Part shown: positions 14,772-22,620 of the stretch, in pieces | How positions within the stretch are numbered: position 1 is the stretch's first letter | How the letters are laid out: every line of letters starts with the position of its first letter | NCBI GenBank assembly: GCA_029432815.1 | Contig: JAROBA010000002.1 | Span: forward strand, 161,770 to 185,769 | Reading direction: 5' to 3' | DNA: 24,000 bases | Source of the DNA: Pontiellaceae bacterium B1224 | GTDB taxonomy: Bacteria > Verrucomicrobiota > Kiritimatiellia > Kiritimatiellales > Pontiellaceae | The notes under the pieces: model-generated | What the model was told of the DNA's origin: nothing | Database searches by the model: none | The model's input: only the letters and a program-made list of their open reading frames with translations | Translations under genes and position numbers: made by a program

Positions 14772-15761
14772 ATGCATGAAGAGATTGTAAAAATGAACGA
14801 ACGCTATCAGGCGGAAAGCGAAGTGCTACAGAAGGTTCGGGACGAAATCGGCAAGGTCATTATCGGCCAGGAAGATCTCATCGAGGCCCTGCTGCTCGCA
14901 CTTCTCTGCAACGGCCACGTGCTGATTGAAGGCATTCCGGGGCTGGCTAAAACGCTGGCAGTCACCACTCTCGCCCAAACCCTGCATGCCGGTTTTAACC
15001 GCATCCAGTTCACACCCGACCTGCTGCCCGGCGATCTGCTTGGCACCATGATGTATAACCCGAAGACCAATGAGTTTACGCCCCACAAAGGCCCGATCTT
15101 CGCTAATATTATTCTGGCCGACGAAATCAACCGCTCGCCCGCCAAGGTGCAGAGTGCACTGCTCGAAGCCATGCAGGAACATCAGGTTTCGATTGGCGAC
15201 GCAACCTATAAGCTTGATGAACCGTTCCTCGTGCTTGCCACCCAGAACCCCGTGGAACAGGAAGGCACATACCATCTACCCGAGGCTCAGGTGGACCGCT
15301 TCATGTTCAAACTCGATGTCGTCTATCCATCCAAGGAAGAGGAACACCGCATCCTTAAACGAATGGGAAAAACCAACGTGGATCTCTCCGTCAACGCCGT
15401 CATGGATATTTCCGATATCAACCGCCTGCGAAAAATGGTCGATGAAGTTTTCATGGATGAAACACTCGAGCACTACATTCTGGACCTCGTGCAGGCCACG
15501 CGCCACCCCTCAAAATACGGAATCGATTGTGCCGGAATGATCCGTTACGGCGCATCGCCCCGCGCCACCATCTTCCTCTCGGTCGCGGCCCGCGGCCGCG
15601 CCATGCTCAGCGGACGCGGCTACGTGGTTCCTCAGGACGTGAAAGATGTTGCGCTCGATGTGCTTCGCCACCGTATTCTCCTCACCTACGAAGCCGCCGC
15701 GGAAGAGAAAAGCTCTAACGATATCTTAAAGCAGATCCTCGACACCGTTGAGGTTCCGTAG
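14772..15761 (+). CDS. MoxR-family AAA+ ATPase
   Basis: Walker A is EGIPGLAKT and Walker B is ILADEINR, followed by LLEAMQE...LATQNP. I chose the start at ATG 14772 (MHEEIVKMNERYQ...). This leaves about 27 aa before KVIIGQ, as in MoxR homologues. The track's upstream extension would read through the terminator hairpin. Confidence 0.9.
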   Translation: MHEEIVKMNERYQAESEVLQKVRDEIGKVIIGQEDLIEALLLALLCNGHVLIEGIPGLAKTLAVTTLAQTLHAGFNRIQFTPDLLPGDLLGTMMYNPKTNEFTPHKGPIFANIILADEINRSPAKVQSALLEAMQEHQVSIGDATYKLDEPFLVLATQNPVEQEGTYHLPEAQVDRFMFKLDVVYPSKEEEHRILKRMGKTNVDLSVNAVMDISDINRLRKMVDEVFMDETLEHYILDLVQATRHPSKYGIDCAGMIRYGASPRATIFLSVAARGRAMLSGRGYVVPQDVKDVALDVLRHRILLTYEAAAEEKSSNDILKQILDTVEVP

Positions 15762-15767
15762 TCAAAC

Positions 15768-15828
15768 GTCGGAAGGTCAAAGGTCGCAAGTCACGGACCT
15801 TCAGACCTTCGACCCTCAGACCTTCGAC
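15768..15828. repeat. Inverted array of tandem 7-8-mers (GGTCNAAG units / their complement GACCTTC) filling the moxR-DUF58 intergenic space
   Basis: The left arm is GTCGGAAG GTCAAAG GTCGCAAG. The right arm is TCACGGACCT TCAGACCT TCGACCC TCAGACCT TCGAC and includes a 13-nt direct repeat TCAGACCTTCGAC (15801-15813 and 15816-15828). GAAGGTC/GACCTTC pairings allow an imperfect long hairpin. The array abuts the ATG at 15829. Confidence 0.65.
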
Positions 15829-16719
15829 ATGAAGAATTCAGCCCACAAAGAACTGCTCAAACGTGTCCGCCAGATCGACATCAAAAGTCGAAAGGTGGTC
15901 ACAGAACTGCTCGGCGGTGAGTACAAAAGCGTATTCAAAGGTCGCGGTATGGAATTTGACGAAGTCCGCGAATATATGCCGGGCGATGAAGTCCGCACCA
16001 TCGACTGGAATGTAACCGCGCGAACGGGAAAGCCCTTTGTTAAACGCTTCATCGAAGAGCGCGAACAGTCGCTCTTTTTCCTCATCGATATGTCCGCCTC
16101 CGGCACCTTCGGATCGACCGCTGCATCCAAAAATGAAATCGCCGCCGAGCTGTGCGGGATTCTGGCCTTCTCCGCCATCAAGAATAACGACAAGGTCGGA
16201 CTCATCATTTTCACCGACGAGGTCGAACTTTTTATCGCACCGGACAAAGGGCAGATCCATGTGCTGCATATCATCCGCGAAATCCTCAGCTTCCAGCCCC
16301 GCAGCAAAGGCACCTGCATTTCATGTGCACTCGAATATCTCGGGAAAATGGTGAAGAATAAGTGCGTCACGTTCCTGATTTCTGATTTTCTGGATTCGGA
16401 ATACGACAAACAACTGAAGCTCGCGGCCATTCACTATGATCTCATCGCCGTAACCATCACCGACCCGCGGGAACTGGAACTGCCGAATGCCGGGCTGGTC
16501 GAACTGGCCGATGCCGAATCCGGCGAACGGATTCTTGTGGACACCGCAAGCGCTGCCGCACGAAAACAATTCAGCACAGCGGCTAAAGCGCGTCGGCTGG
16601 AACTCAAAGACTCGCTTAACCGCCTCAACATCGATCAGATTGATGTGCGCACCGACCGCGACTATGTCCACGACCTGGTCCGCTTCTTCCACAGCCGCGA
16701 CCGGAGGCAATCGCTGTGA
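15829..16719 (+). CDS. DUF58-family protein (vWA-like, MoxR-associated)
   Basis: YKSVFKGRGMEFDEVREYMPGDEVRTIDWNVTARTGKPFVKRFIEERE is the DUF58 signature. A MIDAS-like FLIDMSASG follows. I chose the start at ATG 15829; the track's extension from 15748 translates the repeat and overlaps the moxR-type end. Confidence 0.85.
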   Translation: MKNSAHKELLKRVRQIDIKSRKVVTELLGGEYKSVFKGRGMEFDEVREYMPGDEVRTIDWNVTARTGKPFVKRFIEEREQSLFFLIDMSASGTFGSTAASKNEIAAELCGILAFSAIKNNDKVGLIIFTDEVELFIAPDKGQIHVLHIIREILSFQPRSKGTCISCALEYLGKMVKNKCVTFLISDFLDSEYDKQLKLAAIHYDLIAVTITDPRELELPNAGLVELADAESGERILVDTASAAARKQFSTAAKARRLELKDSLNRLNIDQIDVRTDRDYVHDLVRFFHSRDRRQSL

Positions 16720-17705
16720 GCCGGCACAACAACGTAGGACAGGCTTCCAGCCTGTCAACAGTAGCGCGGGAAACAGGCTGGAAGCCTGTCCTACTTTCCT
16801 GCCTCTTTGTGGCAATCCTCGGTTGTTCAGATAAACAAGATCAGTCGAAATCACTCACCGAACCGGTCTATTCCAAACAATACCGGCAGGATTCAACAAC
16901 CGTCATCGTCACGCTCAGCGAAACCAACATTCCAACCTCTGGAAAAATTCAGCTGATGATCGATGTCCATGCACCGGCCGGCATGGAAGTCATTCTTCCA
17001 GACTCTGGAAACTTTTTGGAGCCGTTCTCAGTGGCCGATGGCTATACCGAACCAGTTCAAACGCTACCTAATGGCAAACAGCTTCATCGCCGCGTTTGGA
17101 TTCTCATCCCCAGCCTGCCCGGTGACCACCGGTTCCAACCACTGGAAATTATGGCCGGTCCGGATTCGTTGAAAACAGATGCCCTCAAGATCCACGTCGA
17201 ATCGCTGCTTCCGCCCGGCATCGACTCTTTTGAAATCAAAGATATTGCCGAACCGGTTGCCCTCCTGCCGGAAGAGGAACAACAACTTCAGCTTATAAAA
17301 ATTCTATCAGGCGGCGTCTGCGCCCTTATATTTTTGGTGCTCGTAATCCGATTAAGCCGCCGGCGCCCCAAACCCGAAAAGGTGCTCAGTCCGCATGAAA
17401 CCGCATGGCTGACTCTGGAGAATCTGCCGGAGGATGAACTGGAAAAAATCCAGATTCTGCACTCCCTGCTGCTGCATTTTATCGAAGCTGTTTTGAATAT
17501 TCCAACAACGGGAAAAACACTGGACGAGATTCTTCCAAAACTGCCGAAGGCCACTCTACTCGGCCAACGGTATTCATTGGAAAAATATTTAAACACCAGT
17601 GAGCAGACCCGCTTTTCCAATAAAGTTCCGCCTGGATTTTCAGAAGAACTCGAACAATATGTCCGGAAATTTATTCAGCAAAATCCGGAGGTCAAATGCG
17701 CCTAG
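16716..17705 (+). CDS. Membrane-anchored / lipoprotein-like protein at the position of the DUF4381-type gene of Bat operons
   Basis: 329 aa. The GTG start overlaps the DUF58 stop (GTGA). It has a lipobox-like VAILGC|SDKQ, a beta-rich N-terminal domain, and an internal TM helix (ILSGGVCALIFLVLVIRL) followed by SRRRPKPEKVLSPHETAWLTLENL, typical of the small TM protein between DUF58 and BatA. The N-terminal 26 codons are encoded by the palindromic repeat, so the true start is uncertain. Confidence 0.65.
   Translation: MSRHNNVGQASSLSTVARETGWKPVLLSCLFVAILGCSDKQDQSKSLTEPVYSKQYRQDSTTVIVTLSETNIPTSGKIQLMIDVHAPAGMEVILPDSGNFLEPFSVADGYTEPVQTLPNGKQLHRRVWILIPSLPGDHRFQPLEIMAGPDSLKTDALKIHVESLLPPGIDSFEIKDIAEPVALLPEEEQQLQLIKILSGGVCALIFLVLVIRLSRRRPKPEKVLSPHETAWLTLENLPEDELEKIQILHSLLLHFIEAVLNIPTTGKTLDEILPKLPKATLLGQRYSLEKYLNTSEQTRFSNKVPPGFSEELEQYVRKFIQQNPEVKCA
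16734..16794. repeat. Perfect 22-bp inverted repeat (17-nt spacer); each arm is itself a 7-bp-stem mini-hairpin
   Basis: GTAGGACAGGCTTCCAGCCTGT (16734-16755) and ACAGGCTGGAAGCCTGTCCTAC (16773-16794) are exact reverse complements. Within each arm, ACAGGCT/AGCCTGT can pair. The element lies 15 nt downstream of the GTG start at 16716. Confidence 0.8.
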
Positions 17706-18730
17706 CACTTCCATGGGCCCTGCTGCTGTTGCTTCCCCTGCTGAAAATGATGATCGATCATTTCAGACGTCGAGGCGGACCGACGCTCAGTTTTTCAACG
17801 CTGGATTCATTTAAAAAAGTGCCGACCACCCAGCGTCAGCGCTTCATGCCTCTGCTGTTCTGGCTTCAGGCGCTGAGTCTGCTCATGCTCATTACTGCCA
17901 TGGCCCGCCCTCAAATCAAAGACATGACCCAGGGGATTCCCAAAGAAGGGGTGGCCATCGAACTGGTGGTCGACATCTCCAGCTCAATGGATATTTCGAT
18001 GCCTTTTCAGGACACCGCGATGAGTCGGATGGAAGTCACTAAATTGGTAGTTGAGCAGTTTTCCGCCGAACGGCCGAACGATTTGCTCGGTCTGATTTCC
18101 TTTGCCCGCTATGCCGACACCGTCTGCCCGCTGACACTGAGCCACGATTCCCTGCTCTATTACATTCAGGATCTGGAAATTGAATCGCGACCGAATGAAG
18201 ACGGCACCGCCTTTGGCGATGCCGTAGCCCTTGCCGCCGCACGCCTGAAAACCGCCGAAGAGCGCTACAGCCAGGACGATGATAACGACACCGGTTATGA
18301 AATTAAGAGCAAGGTGATTATTCTGCTGACCGATGGCAACAACAACTGCGGGCGGCATCTGCCCATGGAAGGCGCAGCGCTGGCCGAATACTGGGGCATA
18401 CGCCTGCACACGATTGCCATCACCGATCCACCGGAAATGAAAACCATCCAGACTCCGGAAGGCCCGGTTCAGGTCGAGGAAGAGCCGCTGGTTCAGGAAC
18501 GCATTCTGCAGAAAATGGCCGAGACCACCGGCGGCATCTACCGCCGTGCCACCGACGAAGCTTCGCTGCGCGATGTCTATGCCGAAATCAATATCATGGA
18601 AACCTCGGAAATCGAATCCGAGCGCTACCACACCTACAAAGAAATCTTTCAGCCCTTCGCAGCAACCGGATTGTTTCTGCTCGTCACCCACGCCCTGCTC
18701 AGCACGACCTGGCTCAGGAGGATTCCATAA
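17696..18730 (+). CDS. batA: BatA-like membrane-anchored von Willebrand factor A (vWA) protein
   Basis: 344 aa. It has an N-terminal TM helix (LALPWALLLLLPLL), a second TM helix, the MIDAS motif VVDISSSM, LLTDGNNN, and a C-terminal TM helix. GGAGG lies upstream, and the start overlaps the previous gene by 10 nt. The assignment also rests on its position in the operon. Confidence 0.85.
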   Translation: MRLALPWALLLLLPLLKMMIDHFRRRGGPTLSFSTLDSFKKVPTTQRQRFMPLLFWLQALSLLMLITAMARPQIKDMTQGIPKEGVAIELVVDISSSMDISMPFQDTAMSRMEVTKLVVEQFSAERPNDLLGLISFARYADTVCPLTLSHDSLLYYIQDLEIESRPNEDGTAFGDAVALAAARLKTAEERYSQDDDNDTGYEIKSKVIILLTDGNNNCGRHLPMEGAALAEYWGIRLHTIAITDPPEMKTIQTPEGPVQVEEEPLVQERILQKMAETTGGIYRRATDEASLRDVYAEINIMETSEIESERYHTYKEIFQPFAATGLFLLVTHALLSTTWLRRIP

Positions 18731-19719
18731 TGCCGGTTCATTTTTATAATCCGAGCGTACTCCTTTGGCTGTGGCTGGTTCCTGTGGTCGCCGCGTTGTT
18801 TATCCGCGCAGCCGTTAAGCGGACAAAAGCGCTGCAGGCCTTCGGCGCAACGAATCTGGCCACCAGCCGGAAACGCGAAGCCGTGGCCGGTTGCCTGGCC
18901 ATCGCCCTCGTTGTACTCGCGCTGGCACAACCCGCCTGGAACCTGCAGGAACAGCAGTTGCAGGAATCCGGCCGCGATGTCATTTTCCTGCTCGATGTTT
19001 CCCGCAGTATGCTGGCCGACGACATGCACCCGAACCGTCTCGAAAATGCAAAAACGGCTATCCTCGACTGCGTCGAAGATCTTTCCGGCGACCGGGTGGC
19101 ATTAGTCCTCTTTGCCGGCTCGGCGGAGATTCGCTGCCCGCTCACCGTCGACTATGATTATTTCCGGATGGCCCTGCGCCAGGCATCGCCGGAGAGTCTG
19201 GGTGCCGGCGGCACCATGATTGCGCACGCACTCGAGCGCACGGTGGATAAGCTGATCAACCCTGAAAACGCCGGCATGCAGGATCTGATTCTGATCACCG
19301 ATGGAGAGGATCTGATTGACGGGCCGGATGAAGTGGAAGCCATGCTGGCATTGGAAGAAGCCGGCGTACGGTTTATCGGGATTGGAATCGGCGATCGTTC
19401 CCGCGGCAGCCGAATCTCCCTCGAAGATGAAGAAACCGGCGCCCGATCCTTCATGAAACACGGCAACACGGAGGTATGGACCAAACTTCATTCCGAAACA
19501 CTGCGCCGTATGGCCGCCGCTATTTCGGACGGCATCTATTTTGATGTGGGCAGCGGCCCCTTTAATCTCGATCAGATTTATCGTCAGATTATGGCCAATG
19601 CGCAACAGACTTCGACCGATAAACAAGTCATGGAGCGCTACGAAGAAAAGTTCCACCTGTTTCTTTCAGCCGCCGTGATCGTTCTGTTCGTTTCCAACCG
19701 TTGGAGGAAACAAACATGA
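18730..19719 (+). CDS. batB: BatB-like membrane-anchored vWA protein
   Basis: 329 aa. It has an N-terminal TM helix, the MIDAS motif FLLDVSRSM, LITDGEDL, and a C-terminal TM helix (LFLSAAVIVLFV). There is a TAATG overlap with batA and an AGGAGGA RBS. Confidence 0.85.
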   Translation: MPVHFYNPSVLLWLWLVPVVAALFIRAAVKRTKALQAFGATNLATSRKREAVAGCLAIALVVLALAQPAWNLQEQQLQESGRDVIFLLDVSRSMLADDMHPNRLENAKTAILDCVEDLSGDRVALVLFAGSAEIRCPLTVDYDYFRMALRQASPESLGAGGTMIAHALERTVDKLINPENAGMQDLILITDGEDLIDGPDEVEAMLALEEAGVRFIGIGIGDRSRGSRISLEDEETGARSFMKHGNTEVWTKLHSETLRRMAAAISDGIYFDVGSGPFNLDQIYRQIMANAQQTSTDKQVMERYEEKFHLFLSAAVIVLFVSNRWRKQT

Positions 19720-20813
19720 GGGTCGAAGGTCGGAAGGTCATAGGTCGAAGGTCTCTTTTGCTCTGTATGCTGATGCTTACGGGAATGGTGCAGGCCAACC
19801 CGCAAAAGCTGTTCAAGCTGGGCAATCAGGCGCTGGAGGAACAGCGTTTTGAAGATGCCGTTAACTCCTTGCAAGAGGCGGCGGCGGAAGCTCCGGAATC
19901 GGCAGAGACCTATTATAATCTGGCAACGGCGCAGTATCGGCTCGGCCGCTTTGATGAAGCGATTGCGTCTTATGAATATGCGGCCTCCATGGCCCGGAAC
20001 GATTCCATACGCAGCCGCAGCTGGTATAACATCGGTAACTGCATGGTGAAAACCGGCGAAAGTCTAAAAGAATCCGATCCGCATGCGGCGGCAAACTATT
20101 GCACTCAGGCGGCATGGTTCTACCGCATGGCGTTGGAATATGATCCCGCCTTTTCGGATGCCGCCTATAACCTCGAGATCACCCAGCTGATTGCCGCCAG
20201 CATAGAAGAGGAAATCCGGAAACAGGAAGAGCAGGAGCAACAGCAGAACGAACTCATCACCTATATCAGAGAAAAGCTGCAGGAGTTTATCGATCGGCAA
20301 ACCAGACTGCTGGAGGGCTCAAATACCGGCGAATTACAAAAGGCGCTCGAAAAGGAAACCCGCGAGCTGGCCATCGTGATGGAGCAATCCGGACTTCATG
20401 AAGAAATTCCCCTGCCGGATGGAACTTCCGTTCCCGGCCCCCTGCAAGAAACGCTGGAACATACGCGTAAGGCCGCCGAAGCCATGAGCCTACCGGACCA
20501 ATCGACCGCGCTGGCGGAACTGATGGCCGCCCTGGGCTCCGCGCCCGAAGACCCGAATCAGCAGGACGGCGAATCGGATGAAGATTCGGAAGACTACGAA
20601 GATTATGATATGGAATATGAGGAATCCGACGAGGATGCGGATATGTATGAAGACGCCGACCCATTCGGCGATTTCTCGGAATACGAAGAAATCCGCGGCG
20701 TACCGCCGCCAAACCAGACTGAAATGGATATCCTCGCGGAAGAGGTTCGGAACCAGGAACGCCGCAAAGAGAAAAAGGCCGGTGAATATAAAGCCGTCGA
20801 GAAGGATTGGTAG
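19716..20813 (+). CDS. batC: BatC-like TPR protein with coiled-coil and highly acidic C-terminal extension
   Basis: The start at ATG 19716 has GGAGG at 19703-19707 and an ATGA overlap with the batB stop. The signal-like N-terminus is MRVEGRKVIGRRSLLLCMLMLTGMVQA. TPR repeats include YYNLATAQYRLGRFDEAIASYEYA and WYNIGNCMVKTG. A QE-rich helix and the D/E-rich tail ESDEDSEDYEDYDMEYEESDEDADMYEDADPF follow. Confidence 0.8.
   Translation: MRVEGRKVIGRRSLLLCMLMLTGMVQANPQKLFKLGNQALEEQRFEDAVNSLQEAAAEAPESAETYYNLATAQYRLGRFDEAIASYEYAASMARNDSIRSRSWYNIGNCMVKTGESLKESDPHAAANYCTQAAWFYRMALEYDPAFSDAAYNLEITQLIAASIEEEIRKQEEQEQQQNELITYIREKLQEFIDRQTRLLEGSNTGELQKALEKETRELAIVMEQSGLHEEIPLPDGTSVPGPLQETLEHTRKAAEAMSLPDQSTALAELMAALGSAPEDPNQQDGESDEDSEDYEDYDMEYEESDEDADMYEDADPFGDFSEYEEIRGVPPPNQTEMDILAEEVRNQERRKEKKAGEYKAVEKDW
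19718..19753. repeat. Second copy of the GGTC-octamer tandem repeat, here inside the first codons of the BatC-like gene
   Basis: The sequence is GAGGGTCGAAGGTC GGAAGGTC ATAGGTC GAAGGTC. The first 14 nt are identical to the reverse complement of 15808-15821, and the match continues (after one mismatched base) into a further GAAGGTC unit. It encodes RVEGRKVIGRRS, the n-region of the predicted signal peptide. Confidence 0.65.
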
Positions 20814-20814
20814 A

Positions 20815-22620
20815 ATGAAAAGGCTCTTTCTAATTTTAGTATTGTTGACTGGGACAGCTACTGCCTCAACCAATTTCTACGCGCAGGCCACGGCATCGGA
20901 AACGAATGTTTTTCTGGGGCAGGTATTTAATCTGGATGTCCTTGTTAAAACCGAGCAAAAACCGGATGTGCCGACGAACGAGCTGGCTGATTTCAATATG
21001 ACTACGCTTGTAGCCGGACAGAATACCAGCGCAACAAATACCTGGCTCTACCGTTTTGCACTGCGCGCTAAACGGGAAGGTGAGTTGTCGGTTCCGGCCC
21101 TGCATTTCGGCAGCCTCTATACCCAACCGATTTCCATTAAGGCCCGCAAACCGCAGGCAACCGACCGAATGACGCTGAACCAGCAGGCTTCTGCGACTTC
21201 GGTATATGTCGGCGAGCCCGTTTTGCTGACCACCACCTGGGACAGCACCTATCAGTTCGGGGCCATCAAAGCCGTCGATTTTAACTTTCCCATTCTAAAC
21301 GATACCCGTTTCCAACTATTGGAACTTTACGAACCGGAAAAAGAAAAGAATGCCCAGACTACCGGCCTGCCCGTGCACGGCACGCGGGTACTCGCCACCC
21401 GCAACAGCTATCAGGATGGTGAAATACAGCATCAGGAGCTACAGTTCAGTAAAATTTTGATTCCAAAGAAAAGCGGCAGCATCACTCTTGCTCCGGTCAC
21501 CCTGCTCTGCGCCGCAGAAGCGGAGAAAGTGGTCAATAACAAGACCCGCCGTGCGGCTTTCCAATATCCTGCTTATTTCGACAATACCTTCTTTGATCAG
21601 AATGCAACGGGCGATCAATGGACCCGTATTTACGTGGAATCAAAACCGCTGGAGCTGGAAATTAAACCACTCCCGACCGAAGGCCGCCCCGCGCTTTTCA
21701 ACGGGATGGTCGGTGAATACTCGATTGCAGTAACCGCCGAACCCACGCAGGTGCGGGTGGGCGATCCGATTACTCTGACGGTAAAGATTACGGTCGCTGG
21801 ATATATGGAAAACATTTTCTTTGAACCGCTGCGTTATCAACCGAATCTGGTGAATCGATTTGAAATTCCATCGGACCGCTCGCTGCCGTTGCGCGAGAAG
21901 AAATCGAAGATCTATACACAAACCATCCGTCCGCTCTCAACGGATATCACCGAGGTTCCTCCGATCCAGCTTTCCTTTTTCAACCCGGCTTCAAATCGAT
22001 ACGTCACCGTTGCGTCGGCGGCAATTCCCATCATGGTTTCTCCTGCCAACGAAATCGGCGTCTTTGGCGGTACCGCGTATCAGCATCGCCTGCGGACGGT
22101 TGATGAGGGCATTCGGCATAACTATGAAAATCCTGACATGCTGAACTCAACGCAACCTCCAATGTTTGGCTGGGCTCATCCAGCCGCCGTACTAATCCTG
22201 CTGTTGCTTCCTCCGCTAACGGTTGGCGGTATTTCGCTGGTCTCCTTATTCGGCGAGAAAAAGCACCACATTCATCGAACGGCCAAAGCCGCCAGGGCCT
22301 TCAAGATTTTTCGAAAAAATGCAAAGCACATTTATTCACATTCCATGAAGTGCGAAATTTACGGCGATTTAGATGAAGTGCTGCGGGCGTATCTGGGCGA
22401 CCGATTGCACCTGACTCCCGGAGCTCTGTCGTATCGGGATGCGGAAGCATGCCTGATGAAAGCCGGTGCCGACTTCCAAACACTGGAAGAACTCAAAAAA
22501 CTGTTTGCGCTGTGTGAGGCGTATCGCTTCACCACCAACTACGATGAACCGGGCGATGCCCGGCAGATTGTCCGCGAAGCAACCCGTATCGTTAAAACTG
22601 TGGAGAATTCACTCAAATGA
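20815..22620 (+). CDS. batD: BatD-like (oxygen-tolerance family) protein
   Basis: The start at ATG 20815 has GAAGGA upstream and lies 1 nt after the batC stop. The signal peptide is MKRLFLILVLLTGTATAS. Repeated beta-rich domains are followed by a C-terminal TM helix (AAVLILLLLPPLTVGGISLVSLF) and a cytoplasmic tail. The size and operon position fit BatD. Confidence 0.8.
   Translation: MKRLFLILVLLTGTATASTNFYAQATASETNVFLGQVFNLDVLVKTEQKPDVPTNELADFNMTTLVAGQNTSATNTWLYRFALRAKREGELSVPALHFGSLYTQPISIKARKPQATDRMTLNQQASATSVYVGEPVLLTTTWDSTYQFGAIKAVDFNFPILNDTRFQLLELYEPEKEKNAQTTGLPVHGTRVLATRNSYQDGEIQHQELQFSKILIPKKSGSITLAPVTLLCAAEAEKVVNNKTRRAAFQYPAYFDNTFFDQNATGDQWTRIYVESKPLELEIKPLPTEGRPALFNGMVGEYSIAVTAEPTQVRVGDPITLTVKITVAGYMENIFFEPLRYQPNLVNRFEIPSDRSLPLREKKSKIYTQTIRPLSTDITEVPPIQLSFFNPASNRYVTVASAAIPIMVSPANEIGVFGGTAYQHRLRTVDEGIRHNYENPDMLNSTQPPMFGWAHPAAVLILLLLPPLTVGGISLVSLFGEKKHHIHRTAKAARAFKIFRKNAKHIYSHSMKCEIYGDLDEVLRAYLGDRLHLTPGALSYRDAEACLMKAGADFQTLEELKKLFALCEAYRFTTNYDEPGDARQIVREATRIVKTVENSLK

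Noticed and set aside
15748-15828. N-terminal extension of the DUF58 ORF (MRFRSQTSEGQRSQVTDLQTFDPQTFD)
   Set aside because: It overlaps the moxR-type end and is simply a translation of the octamer repeat array. ATG 15829 is the first Met after the repeat.
15816-16430. 204-aa minus-strand ORF, plus similar long antisense ORFs (17984..18691 -, 19102..19656 -, 12218..12679 -, 16321..16854 -, 4880..5413 +, 4355..4765 +, 1631..2107 -, 1882..2379 +, 10965..11387 -)
   Set aside because: Each lies entirely antisense or out of frame within a gene that has strong domain evidence. Their sequences are Arg/Ser/Gly/Pro-rich and low in complexity, with no motifs or RBS. This is the usual appearance of shadow ORFs.
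20578-20814. N-terminal extension of the BatD-like ORF (79 Lys/Arg-rich residues)
   Set aside because: It overlaps the acidic tail of the BatC-like gene in another frame. Met at 20815 starts a clean signal peptide with an upstream GAAGGA.
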